From the NCBI GenBank assembly GCA_029978705.1, contig JAPOIY010000005.1:18618-82617 (forward strand): a stretch of DNA of 64,000 nucleotides, read 5' to 3'. Below the pieces are notes generated by a model that had not been told where the DNA came from, made no database searches, and saw only the letters and a program-made list of their open reading frames with translations. Position 1 is the first letter of the stretch; every line of letters starts with the position of its first letter. The position numbers and the translations under genes were made by a program. Source of the DNA: Actinomycetota bacterium (GTDB lineage Bacteria > Actinomycetota > Actinomycetes > S36-B12 > GCA-2699445). Shown piece after piece: positions 19,780-28,727 of the stretch.

Positions 19780-20271
19780 TCACGTCGCTGCCAGGACCAG
19801 TATGGTCGCCAGCCACACACAACCGGCGACCACCACGGAAGCGAGTTCGATGAGCAGCGACAGGCCCGCCGCCTTCAGGGCGTGCCGGGTGGCGGTCCAC
19901 GCCGCGTCGAAGCGGCGGGTCCGCACCAACTCGGTGCCGAAGACGCCCACGATGAAGCCGACCGGCAAACCCACCACCGGAATCACGAAGAAGCCCACGA
20001 CACCGGCCACGCCCCCGATCGCCAGGGGCCAGCGGTCGACGTCGCCGGACACGGCCCGGGCGGGCACGAGGTACTTGGCGACAAGGCCGATGGCCAGGCA
20101 CACGAGGGCGAGGCCGGCCCCCACCCACGCGGCGGGCTGCTGGACCAGGAGCGCGTAGACGACGACCCCCGCCGCGACGAGAAGCGCGCCGGGCAGCAGG
20201 GGGACGACGGTCCCGACGATGCCGACGACGATGATCGCCCCCGCCACGAGGGCGGCGACGAGTTCGTTCAC
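19780..20271 (-). CDS. DUF456 domain-containing membrane protein
   Basis: 163 aa, four hydrophobic helices (VVPLLPGALLVAAG...). GTG start 20271 overlaps the upstream stop by 4 nt. Lies 11 nt upstream of the amidase. Confidence 0.7.
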   Translation of the reverse strand: MNELVAALVAGAIIVVGIVGTVVPLLPGALLVAAGVVVYALLVQQPAAWVGAGLALVCLAIGLVAKYLVPARAVSGDVDRWPLAIGGVAGVVGFFVIPVVGLPVGFIVGVFGTELVRTRRFDAAWTATRHALKAAGLSLLIELASVVVAGCVWLATILVLAAT

Positions 20272-20474
20272 CGTCCGGGGGACTGGAACAGTCGGCTGGA
20301 CTCGTCCACGATCTCGTCGGCCAAGGGCGCCAGGGCGGTCGCGTGCGCCGTGTAGTGGTGCACGCAGAACTGCAGGTCGCGGCCGGAGGACAGGCGCACC
20401 AGGACGAAGGCCTGCGCGTCGCAGCGGTCGCAGCGGTCCTCGGCCCTGAGGACGGGCGATGTCATCGTGCTCAT
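20268..20474 (-). CDS. small zinc-ribbon-like protein (DUF7455-like)
   Basis: 68 aa, MSTMTSPVLRAEDRCDRCDAQAF...LQFCVHH. Matches the CxxC...CxHH pattern of the small proteins found next to parE in actinobacteria. SD GGAGGGGG upstream of ATG 20474. Confidence 0.55.
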   Translation of the reverse strand: MSTMTSPVLRAEDRCDRCDAQAFVLVRLSSGRDLQFCVHHYTAHATALAPLADEIVDESSRLFQSPGR

Positions 20475-20578
20475 GGAGCCCCCTCCGCGTCGGTGCATCG
20501 AGTCCCCAGTGTGACACCCGGGGGCCGGATCCCCGAACCACCGACGCGGCGGTTCGCCCAGGGCGGACGGCCCCGTCG

Positions 20579-20584
20579 TACGCT
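20579..20584 (+). promoter_or_regulatory. -10 box (TACGCT), leaderless parE
   Basis: 7 nt upstream of GTG 20592. Confidence 0.4.
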
Positions 20585-20591
20585 GGACGGC

Positions 20592-22706
20592 GTGACCGCC
20601 GACCCCAGTCCCGCCCCCCGTCCCCGGAGCCGCCGGGGCTCGCCGCAGCCGGCGGACTACTCGGCCAAGCAACTGCGCGTCCTCGAAGGCCTGGATGCCG
20701 TGCGCAAGCGGCCCGGCATGTACATCGGCTCCACCGACGGGCGCGGTCTCATGCACTGCCTCTGGGAGATCATGGACAATGCCGTCGATGAGGCGCTCGG
20801 CGGGTGGTGCCAGTTCATCGAGGTCCACCTGTTCCCCGACGGGTCGGTCGAGGTGCGCGACGACGGGCGGGGCATCCCGGTCGACAAGGAGCCCAAGACG
20901 CGGCTGACCGGGGTCGAGGTCGTGTTCACCAAGCTGCATGCGGGCGGGAAGTTCGGGGGTGGCTCGTACACGGCCTCCGGGGGCCTGCACGGGGTCGGGG
21001 CGTCCGTCGTCAACGCCCTCAGTGAGCGGCTCGACGTGGAGGTGGACCGCGGCGGGAAGATCCACACCATGTCCTTCCGGCGGGGGGTGCCCGGCGACTT
21101 CGCTGAGGCCGGTCCGGGAGCCGAGTTCAGCCGCAAGTCCGGCCTCCAGGTGGCGGGGAAGTGTCCCGCTAAGCGCACGGGTACGCGGGTGCGCTGGTGG
21201 GCCGACCGGAAGATCTTTACCAAGGACGCCGGCTACGACCGCGCCGAGCTGCGCGCGCGCATGCAGCAAACGACGTTCCTGGTGCCGGGCGTCACCATCC
21301 GCCTGCTCGACGAGCGCGACCCGGACGACGTACTCGACGAGACCTTCCATCACGGTGGCGGCATCGTCGACTACGTCGACCACCTGACCCTCGGTGAGCC
21401 CGTGACGCCCGTGATCCAGGTGCGAGGGACCGGCACGTTCACCGAGACCGTGCCCGTCCTCGACGACGCAGGCCACATGAATCCGCAGGAGGTGGAGCGG
21501 GAACTGGCCGTCGACATCGCGCTGCGCTGGACGACCGGGTTCGACACCGTGCTGCGGTCGTTCGTCAACATCATCGCCACCCCCAAGGGGGGCACCCACG
21601 TCACCGGGTTCGAGCGGGCCCTGGTGAAGACCCTCAACGAGAGGCTGCGCGCGGCGAAGGTGCTCAAGGCCAGTGAGGACGCCGTCACCAAGGAAGACGT
21701 GATGGAGGGCATGACGGCGGTGGTGACCGTCCGCCTCGCCGAGCCGCAGTTCGAGGGCCAGACCAAGGAGGTGCTGGGCACGCCCGCTGCGGCGAAGATC
21801 GTCGCAGCTGTTGTCAACAAGGAACTCGGCAAGTGGTTCGCGACCCCACCGCGGGGCGACAAGATCCCGGCGAAGAACGCACTCGAGAAGGTGGCCAACG
21901 CCATGCGGGCCCGGATCCAGGCCCGGCAGACCCGGGACCTGCAGCGCCGTAAGAACGCCCTGGAGACCTCATCGCTGCCCGCGAAACTCGTCGACTGCCG
22001 CAGCAAGGAGGTCGCCGACAGTGAGCTGTTCATCGTCGAGGGCGACAGTGCCCTCGGCACCGCGAAACTGGCCCGCAACAGCGAGTTCCAGGCGCTGCTG
22101 CCCATCCGCGGGAAGATCCTCAACGTCCAGAAGGCCTCCGTGGCCGACATGCTCAAGAACGCGGAGTGCGCGGCCATCATCCAGGTGCTCGGCGCCGGTT
22201 CCGGCCGGACCTTCGACCTCGACGCCACCCGCTACGGCAAGGTCATCATGATGAGCGACGCGGACGTGGACGGTGCCCACATCCGCTGCCTGCTGCTCAC
22301 GCTCTTCTACCGCTACATGCGGCCGCTCATCGACGCCGGCCGGGTCTACGCCGCCGTCCCCCCGCTGCACCGCATCGAGACGGTCGGCGCGGGGAAACGC
22401 GCTGCGGAGGTCATCTACACGTACTCCGAGCCGGAGATGCGGGCCACCGTCAAGGATCTCGACCGCCGCGGGATCCGCATCAAGGACCCGGTGCAGCGGT
22501 ACAAGGGGCTCGGTGAGATGGATGCCGCCCAGCTGCGGGACACCACCATGTCGCGGGCCAGCCGCACCCTGCGCCGCGTCCGGATCGAGGACGCGGAGGC
22601 GGCGGAGCGGGTGTTCCACCTGCTGATGGGCAACGAGGTGGCTCCCCGCAAGGAGTTCCTGGTGACGTCGTCGGATGACCTCGACCGCGAGCGCATCGAC
22701 GCCTGA
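20592..22706 (+). CDS. parE: DNA topoisomerase IV subunit B (type IIA topoisomerase B subunit)
   Basis: GHKL ATPase plus Toprim motifs (GLDAVRKRPGMYIGS, GLHGVGASVVNALS, ELFIVEGDSALG, MSDADVDGAHI). Trimmed to GTG 20592. Called Topo IV rather than gyrase from context (no dnaA/dnaN/recF; a partner A subunit is nearby). Confidence 0.88.
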   Translation: MTADPSPAPRPRSRRGSPQPADYSAKQLRVLEGLDAVRKRPGMYIGSTDGRGLMHCLWEIMDNAVDEALGGWCQFIEVHLFPDGSVEVRDDGRGIPVDKEPKTRLTGVEVVFTKLHAGGKFGGGSYTASGGLHGVGASVVNALSERLDVEVDRGGKIHTMSFRRGVPGDFAEAGPGAEFSRKSGLQVAGKCPAKRTGTRVRWWADRKIFTKDAGYDRAELRARMQQTTFLVPGVTIRLLDERDPDDVLDETFHHGGGIVDYVDHLTLGEPVTPVIQVRGTGTFTETVPVLDDAGHMNPQEVERELAVDIALRWTTGFDTVLRSFVNIIATPKGGTHVTGFERALVKTLNERLRAAKVLKASEDAVTKEDVMEGMTAVVTVRLAEPQFEGQTKEVLGTPAAAKIVAAVVNKELGKWFATPPRGDKIPAKNALEKVANAMRARIQARQTRDLQRRKNALETSSLPAKLVDCRSKEVADSELFIVEGDSALGTAKLARNSEFQALLPIRGKILNVQKASVADMLKNAECAAIIQVLGAGSGRTFDLDATRYGKVIMMSDADVDGAHIRCLLLTLFYRYMRPLIDAGRVYAAVPPLHRIETVGAGKRAAEVIYTYSEPEMRATVKDLDRRGIRIKDPVQRYKGLGEMDAAQLRDTTMSRASRTLRRVRIEDAEAAERVFHLLMGNEVAPRKEFLVTSSDDLDRERIDA

Positions 22707-22781
22707 GCGTTGCGATACGGCCACGCCGCCCCGCCGCCGGGCACGGGCGGTGGCAGGATGCCGGAGACACCGGGAGGGAAC

Positions 22782-24239
22782 ATGGCGTTCGGATCGGCGA
22801 CGGCCGCGCTCGGCGGCCTGGCGGTCGGTGCCCTTCTGCTCGCCGGGTGCGCGAACCGCGAAGCGGGAATGGGCGAGAACGGTCCCGTGTCGGAGGTGGC
22901 CACCGCCACCACCGGTGCCGCCGCACAGATCACGAACATCCTGGCCCAGCCGCTGCCCCAGGCGAGCGGGTCCCCCTCACCCTCCCCGATCACCCTCCCG
23001 TCGCAGCGCACGCGGGACACGCTGACGGTCTGGCTGCTGCCCGACATCCCGGAGTCGGTGGTGCGGCTGGTCAACCAGAGGTTCGCCACCACCTACCCCA
23101 AGGTCACTGTGAACGTGATGCGGCAGGACTGGGCCACCCTCGAGGGGCAGGCACAGGCGAAGCTGCCCCTGCGCGCCGAGACGCCCGATGTCGTCGAGAC
23201 CGCGGCGGCGGACACGGCCGGGTGGTACGCCGAAGGGCTGTTGGCGAACCTCGAACCGGTCCGCAACGACCTACGCTCCAGCGAGTGGACGCCCGGCCTG
23301 GCCCATTCCACTGAGGTCGACGGGGTACCGGTGGCGGTCCCCGCCTACGGTTTCGGCCGCGTCGTCGCCTACGACAAAGCGGCCTGGGAGGCCGCCGGCG
23401 TCGGGGACCCCCCCAAGACCCTGACCCAGTTCGGGGATTCTCTTGCCAAGGTGCAGAGCGGCGGCATGGCGGCCGACTACTCCGCCTTCTGGTTCCCCGG
23501 GCGGTTCTGGACCGGCGCGCTGCCGTGGATCTGGACGTACGGCGGGGAACTGGCCGTGCCGCAGAACGGCGTCTGGCAGGGGGCTGTCGACTCCGGTGAG
23601 TCCCAGGCCGGGCTGCTGGCGCTGCAGGACATCGTGCGCCGCTACTCCAAGGCCCCCGCCGAGGCGGACGAGACGACCGCCAGTGCCGTGCGCGCCTACG
23701 ACGACGGACGGGCCGGTTCCGCGCTGATGACCCCCAGCGAGGTCGGATCACTCACCAAGAAGGCCGACGTGTTCGCCCTCCCCGGCGAGGCCGCGGGCCA
23801 CGCCGCCCCCCAGTACCTCGACGGGTCGAACCTGTCGGTCTCCGCGAGCAGCGGTCAGCAGGGGCTGGCGGTGGCGTGGCTGCAGCGGTTCCTCGACGAG
23901 CAGGTCCAGCAGGAGATCGTGCGCACCACCCATGCGATCCCCGGGATGGAGAAGTCCGTCAGCCTGCTGACGAAGGTGAAGGGGGACCCGGTCGCCCCGC
24001 TGCAGGCCCAGCTGGCGCACACCGGGCGGTTCACGCCGCCGGTGCCGCAGTGGCTGCAGGTGGAGGAGGAGAAGGTCATGCCGGACATGACCCAAGCCAT
24101 CTTCACTCCGGTGGTCAGCGCCGCGCCGTCCGGATCCGCCGTGGCGCCCAGCGGGGAGTCGCTGCCGTCCGGGTCGCCCACCGCGTCGGTCCCGGCGTCC
24201 CAACTGCCGAGCCTGTCGCCTCAGGGCAGCACGGGCTGA
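22782..24239 (+). CDS. extracellular solute-binding lipoprotein (ABC family-1 SBP), no cognate permease adjacent
   Basis: Lipobox LLLAGC after a hydrophobic h-region. Sugar-type SBP body. Ser/Pro-rich tail. Start ATG 22782 follows SD GGGAGGG; ATG 22758 and 22710 are alternatives. Confidence 0.8.
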   Translation: MAFGSATAALGGLAVGALLLAGCANREAGMGENGPVSEVATATTGAAAQITNILAQPLPQASGSPSPSPITLPSQRTRDTLTVWLLPDIPESVVRLVNQRFATTYPKVTVNVMRQDWATLEGQAQAKLPLRAETPDVVETAAADTAGWYAEGLLANLEPVRNDLRSSEWTPGLAHSTEVDGVPVAVPAYGFGRVVAYDKAAWEAAGVGDPPKTLTQFGDSLAKVQSGGMAADYSAFWFPGRFWTGALPWIWTYGGELAVPQNGVWQGAVDSGESQAGLLALQDIVRRYSKAPAEADETTASAVRAYDDGRAGSALMTPSEVGSLTKKADVFALPGEAAGHAAPQYLDGSNLSVSASSGQQGLAVAWLQRFLDEQVQQEIVRTTHAIPGMEKSVSLLTKVKGDPVAPLQAQLAHTGRFTPPVPQWLQVEEEKVMPDMTQAIFTPVVSAAPSGSAVAPSGESLPSGSPTASVPASQLPSLSPQGSTG

Positions 24240-24430
24240 GGGGGCCGGGGTACCCCCGGCCGGGTCGCCAGGTAGTCCGTCAGAGCGGCACGGACCTCGT
24301 CCTCCCGCCCGGGGGAGTCGACCTCGATGTTCCCGTCGAGCAGGTCCAGGGACCCCAGGCGGCGGCCGTCCTCCTCGACGAGGAGCCGGTTCTGCCCGTA
24401 TCTGCGCCACCAGGTGACCCGAACGTCCAC
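24221..24430 (-). CDS. hypothetical small protein (69 aa), tentative
   Basis: (V)DVRVTWWRRYGQNRLLVEEDGRRLGSLDLLDGNIEVDSPGREDEV... Strongly G/C-biased third positions, and it fills an otherwise 250-nt gap downstream of the carbonic anhydrase. No good SD. 19-nt convergent overlap with the SBP gene. Confidence 0.3.
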   Translation of the reverse strand: MDVRVTWWRRYGQNRLLVEEDGRRLGSLDLLDGNIEVDSPGREDEVRAALTDYLATRPGVPRPPQPVLP

Positions 24431-24486
24431 ATGGACGGTATCGGCGGGATCGCGCTTTCCTTGAGTCTCGGGATCGGGCCCCGGGC

Positions 24487-25011
24487 TCACCCGGCCACCG
24501 GTTCCAGGCGACCGCTGTGCACGTCGTAGATGGCGCCGCCGACGACGAGGTCGTCGGGCAGGTAGGGCATGGCCCGGATCCGGACGAGGTCCAGGCGCAA
24601 GGACTCGTGCTGATCGGTCACCACGCCGATGTCGAGGCTGCGGGTGTCGTGGCCCGATGCCTCGCGCAGCGCCGCATGGATCTCCGCCTCGGTGGCCGAG
24701 GCCATGCGGCAGTTGGTGTGCGGCATGACGAGGACCCGGTTGACGCCGAGGAGATGGGTGGCGAGCACCAGGGTCCGCAACACGTCGTCGGTGACGCGGG
24801 CCCCCGCGTTTCGGAGGATCTTCACGTCGCCCGCGGACATGCCCACGATGCGCAGGGGGTCGATGCGCGAGTCCATGCACGTGATGATGGCCAGACCGCG
24901 GCGCGCCGTGCCGGTGAGGTCGGATGACCCGAAGTGCGCGGCGAACTCCTCGTTCGCCGCCAAGACATCGGCGAAGGTGTCACTGGGGAAGTCGGGGATG
25001 TCGCTGATCAT
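24487..25011 (-). CDS. beta-class carbonic anhydrase
   Basis: 174 aa. Zinc ligand motifs CMDSR and HTNC (MPHTNCRM). Confidence 0.9.
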   Translation of the reverse strand: MISDIPDFPSDTFADVLAANEEFAAHFGSSDLTGTARRGLAIITCMDSRIDPLRIVGMSAGDVKILRNAGARVTDDVLRTLVLATHLLGVNRVLVMPHTNCRMASATEAEIHAALREASGHDTRSLDIGVVTDQHESLRLDLVRIRAMPYLPDDLVVGGAIYDVHSGRLEPVAG

Positions 25012-25024
25012 GATCGTGGGCCCC

Positions 25025-26008
25025 TCAGTTGGATTCCCCGCTGGAATGGCCGGGGAACACCCCGAGCTCGGGGCTCACGATGGGGGCGGCGTTGTTGACT
25101 GCGAGGGCGGCCTCCCCGAAGGCGATCGAGATCAGCGGTACCTTGCCCGGATAGACGGCGATGTCGCCGGCGGCGAAGACGCCGGGCAGATTCGTCGCCA
25201 TCGACGTGCTCACGGCGATGTGACGCTTCTCGAGGTCGAGGCCCCATTCCGCCATAGGGCCAATGTTCGCGATGAACCCGAGGGCGGCCACCACGGTGTC
25301 AGCGGGCAGCACCCGGATGGCCCCGTCGGTCTTGCTGGTCACCTCGACCTCGCTGACCCAGTCGTCGCCACGGACCGCGGTCACCTCGCACGGGGTGAGC
25401 AGTTCGATGCCGAGGGCCCGGGCGTTGTCGACCATGCTGGCGTGGGCGCGGAACTGATCGCGCCGGTGCACCACTGTCACTGATTTGGCGATGGGGTGGA
25501 GCATGTGAGCCCAGTCCAGAGCGGAGTCACCGCCGCCCACGATGACGACGTCCTTGCCCGCGTGCTCGTCGGGCTGGGGGATGAAGAACACCAGGCCGCG
25601 GCCCTCCCACTCGCCGCCGGCGGGCAGCGGACGCGGCTTGAAGGAGCCGATACCACCGGTGATGACCGCTGCCTTGGCGCGCACGACCGTGCCGCTGGCG
25701 AGGGTGAGCGCGACCGGGCCACCCTCGGGGGTGTCAATGCTCATCGCCTGGTCACCCAAGACGTAGGTGGGGGAGAACTGGTCGGCTTGCTTCTTCAGTT
25801 CCTCGACCAGGACGCGGCCGCGCACCGTGGGGAACCCGGCGACGTCGAAGATGTCCTTCTCCGGGTACATGGCGGTGATCTGGCCGCCCACCTCGGGCAG
25901 GGCGTCCACGACAGCGGTGGACCAGCCGCGGAACCCGGAGTAGTAGGCGGCGTAGAGGCCGGTCGGTCCGGCCCCGACGACACTCAGGTCGACGTCTACG
26001 GTGCTCAT
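25025..26008 (-). CDS. ferredoxin--NADP(+) reductase, thioredoxin-reductase-like (YumC type)
   Basis: 327 aa. FAD GxGxxG (VVGAGPTGLYAA) and NADPH site (VVIVGGGDSALDWA). No CxxC redox-active disulfide. GDIAVYPGK near the C-terminus. Confidence 0.85.
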   Translation of the reverse strand: MSTVDVDLSVVGAGPTGLYAAYYSGFRGWSTAVVDALPEVGGQITAMYPEKDIFDVAGFPTVRGRVLVEELKKQADQFSPTYVLGDQAMSIDTPEGGPVALTLASGTVVRAKAAVITGGIGSFKPRPLPAGGEWEGRGLVFFIPQPDEHAGKDVVIVGGGDSALDWAHMLHPIAKSVTVVHRRDQFRAHASMVDNARALGIELLTPCEVTAVRGDDWVSEVEVTSKTDGAIRVLPADTVVAALGFIANIGPMAEWGLDLEKRHIAVSTSMATNLPGVFAAGDIAVYPGKVPLISIAFGEAALAVNNAAPIVSPELGVFPGHSSGESN

Positions 26009-26589
26009 GTGAAGCTGACCGCCTCAGGCTCGTGCCCGGGGCGCCACTTGATGCCGCACCCCATGGCCGGACGCTGCGGTTGGGGGACCGACTCGCCGCG
26101 GCCCACCGCGGCCACGGCCCCACCCAGGAGTTCCCCGGTCAGCGCCTCCCCGTTCTTGGGGGTGGAGGCGTCGAACGCTCCCCGGTAGGCGAGCGTGCCG
26201 TCGCGGTCGTAGACGAAGAAGTCGGGGGTGCAGACGGCACCGAACGCCTTGGCGGCCGTGTGACGGTCGTCGTCCATGAGATAGGGGAAGTTCCAGCCGG
26301 CCCGCTGTTGCTGTTCGGTCAGTCCCGCCACATCGTCGTCGGGATAGGCCGCGAGGTCGTTGGAACTGATGGCGACGGTTCCGACCCCCGCGGTGGCGAA
26401 CTCGTCGGTCATGCGGCCTAGCAGGTCCTCCACGTGGCGTACGTACGGGCAGTGGTTGCAGGAAAACACGACCACGAGTGGGCGGTCGCCGCGGTACTCC
26501 CGCAGATTGACCGGTTGCCCGGCGAGATCGGGCAGCGTCACGTCGGGAAGAGGCGCGCCCAGGGGCGTCTTGCCGGACTCGATTGCCAT
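26005..26589 (-). CDS. thioredoxin-fold protein, peroxiredoxin-like (PRX_like1) with CxxC
   Basis: ORF 26005..26793 trimmed to MAIESGKTPLG (ATG 26589). Motif VVVFSCNHCPYV. ATGA overlap with the downstream FNR gene. Confidence 0.8.
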   Translation of the reverse strand: MAIESGKTPLGAPLPDVTLPDLAGQPVNLREYRGDRPLVVVFSCNHCPYVRHVEDLLGRMTDEFATAGVGTVAISSNDLAAYPDDDVAGLTEQQQRAGWNFPYLMDDDRHTAAKAFGAVCTPDFFVYDRDGTLAYRGAFDASTPKNGEALTGELLGGAVAAVGRGESVPQPQRPAMGCGIKWRPGHEPEAVSFT

Positions 26590-26731
26590 GCCGCGCAGCC
26601 TACCTCTGAACGGCGTCCAGTCCAGGGATGCATCGCCGGATGCTGGGCCCCCCAGTAGTTTAGATGGACGGTGTCCGGGAATAACGGTCATCAAGCGGTG
26701 CACCGCACCCCCCACCCAAGGAGGCAACCCC

Positions 26732-27286
26732 ATGAGCACGACCACGATATCCCCCGGCAAGCGCATCCTGACCGCTACCGCCCTGTCCGCCACGGCGCTG
26801 GTCGGTGTCGCCGGAGTGGCGGCGGCCGCCCCGCCGGCGAGCGCGGGAGTCGACCAGCAGCGCAGCGCGGTGCTGCCACACGAGTTGCGCCACCCTCAAG
26901 GTGATGACCAGCGCGTCGGATTCGCGGGCGAGAAGTCGGTCAAACTGCGCGTCATCAACGACACCAACTCATGGGTCGCCGTCCGGGACTACAACGCCGA
27001 CACGAAGTCCCTGCGACCCGGAGACCATTACGACGTCTCGGACTGGGCGTTCTGGGCGGGCCACGCCGACGTCATGGCGGACATCTCCGTGGGTCGTGGT
27101 GCACCGGTGACCACCTGGGGCTACAACCCGCTGGCGGGTTACCCCAGTGTCGGTGTCGGCAACAGCTGGGACCGCTACAGCGTTGGCGAGAGCAAGACCA
27201 AGACGACCGACGCGGGTTTCACGATCACGGTGACCCGCCAGGCGGACGAGGACATGAAGGTGTTCACCCTGCAGGTCACTCGCTGA
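26732..27286 (+). CDS. secreted protein of unknown function
   Basis: 184 aa. ATG 26732 preceded by SD AAGGAGG. Signal peptide ...LVGVAGVAAAAPPASA|GV. No motif I recognise. Confidence 0.65.
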   Translation: MSTTTISPGKRILTATALSATALVGVAGVAAAAPPASAGVDQQRSAVLPHELRHPQGDDQRVGFAGEKSVKLRVINDTNSWVAVRDYNADTKSLRPGDHYDVSDWAFWAGHADVMADISVGRGAPVTTWGYNPLAGYPSVGVGNSWDRYSVGESKTKTTDAGFTITVTRQADEDMKVFTLQVTR

Positions 27287-27374
27287 CCCCGGACGGTGGG
27301 CGTAGTCTCGACCCGCCGTCCTCCGACGGCACAGCCCGGTGAGACCGGATCCCGGTCGTCGAGTGAGGTGCAGG

Positions 27375-28727
27375 ATGAGGCGTCGACATGTGCAATTGGG
27401 CCTGAGCATCGCAGCGGTGCTCGCGTTGGCGGCAGTTGGCCCGCAGGCGGCGTGGGCGGAGCAGTCCGTCACCCCGGGCTCGAGCGACGCCTACTACTCG
27501 CCCAAGGCAGACCTGCCGCAGGCGAACAGCCCGCACAGTTTCCGGAAGTTCCTGTCGACCGACCAGGAGCAGTACTCCGAGCAGTCATTCGTGTGGGGTG
27601 GAAGCCTCATCGACGACGACGGGACGGTGAACGTCCTGGCTGTCGAACTGCAGCGTGAAGACGTCGCGTTCGGTGGGTTCGACATCCCCGTCGTCGCCGC
27701 CGGTCTGCTGTTCAACCAGGGCGACGGGTACCGCGCGGGAGGCGCGGGCGGCCTGCCCGAGGTCACCCTCCCCGTCTCCTTCACCCGCTACCCGTGGTCA
27801 GTGCGGGTGACGCAGCCGGAGTTGCTGCAGCAACCGGAATTCGTCGATGCGCGCGTGGTGAAGGGCCGCATCGGGCAGCAGGGAGCGATCTACGAGTTGA
27901 CGGGTCATGTCAGTAACATCGCAGCCGGTACCGCGACCACGCAGATCGACGTCTACGCCCGGGTGAAGGACGTCACGGGCATCATGCAGTGGGGATACGG
28001 ACCGTCCGGATTCGCCCCCATGTGGGTCTTCCCGGAACAGCGGGCGACCATCCTCGACCAGTTCGACGGGTCGGTGGGGGACTACCTCAAGACCACGAAG
28101 ACATCCATGTACGGGCAGGGCCAGTACTACTACACGATGCCGTTGCTGGAAGTGCAGGACTTCAAGGTCCGGGAGGACGGGCGCACCGTCAGCAGCGGGG
28201 ACTCCGGTTGGCTGTGGTGGGACAACGTCGACCGCTCCTACGGGCCCGAGGCGCAGCAGGTGATCTCGGAGGACGGCGGGATGGGCTGGCTGGAGTTCAG
28301 CGTGCAACTCCCGGGCAGCAAGCGGGCGCTCAAGATCGGCTACACGGACTCGAAGGGCCCGGTCGGACGACTGCCCTACGCCATGCTCATCGGACCCAAG
28401 AGCACGAAGGCCCAGAACGGCGCCTACCAGTCCAAGATGAACTGGAACATGGACGATATCCACATCCGCCCGGTCCCCCAGTCGAAGTGGACGAATCCCC
28501 TCACCGGCAACTCCTACTACCTCAAGTGGACCGTGCGTCTCGATGCGTCCCCGGGCAACAAGGCCGCCCGCTTCACGATCACGCAGGCGGTGAAGGACCA
28601 GGAAGTGTCAGTGAGCGGCCGACAGGTCTTCGAGGGCTTGTTCCGGGTGACCGGGCGCATCGGTGACGGCGACACGGTGTCGGGCTGGGCGTTCGGCGAG
28701 ATGCAGCAGGCGGGCAAGACCGGCTGA
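27375..28727 (+). CDS. secreted lipocalin-like protein, divergent AttH/CrtC (hydroxyneurosporene synthase-like) family
   Basis: Signal peptide MRRRHVQLGLSIAAVLALAAVGPQAAWA|EQ. C-terminal pattern TG.SYYLKW.V.L...DQE...EG...V.G...G.A..E resembles the AttH lipocalin-like domain (by-eye match). W/Y/K/Q-rich and lower GC. Confidence 0.65.
   Translation: MRRRHVQLGLSIAAVLALAAVGPQAAWAEQSVTPGSSDAYYSPKADLPQANSPHSFRKFLSTDQEQYSEQSFVWGGSLIDDDGTVNVLAVELQREDVAFGGFDIPVVAAGLLFNQGDGYRAGGAGGLPEVTLPVSFTRYPWSVRVTQPELLQQPEFVDARVVKGRIGQQGAIYELTGHVSNIAAGTATTQIDVYARVKDVTGIMQWGYGPSGFAPMWVFPEQRATILDQFDGSVGDYLKTTKTSMYGQGQYYYTMPLLEVQDFKVREDGRTVSSGDSGWLWWDNVDRSYGPEAQQVISEDGGMGWLEFSVQLPGSKRALKIGYTDSKGPVGRLPYAMLIGPKSTKAQNGAYQSKMNWNMDDIHIRPVPQSKWTNPLTGNSYYLKWTVRLDASPGNKAARFTITQAVKDQEVSVSGRQVFEGLFRVTGRIGDGDTVSGWAFGEMQQAGKTG

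Noticed and set aside
24629-25483. 284-aa plus-strand ORF spanning the carbonic anhydrase and FNR genes.
   Set aside because: It is antisense to two genes with clear catalytic motifs (CMDSR/HTNC and GxGxxG). Its translation is Ser/Arg/Ala-rich with no motif.
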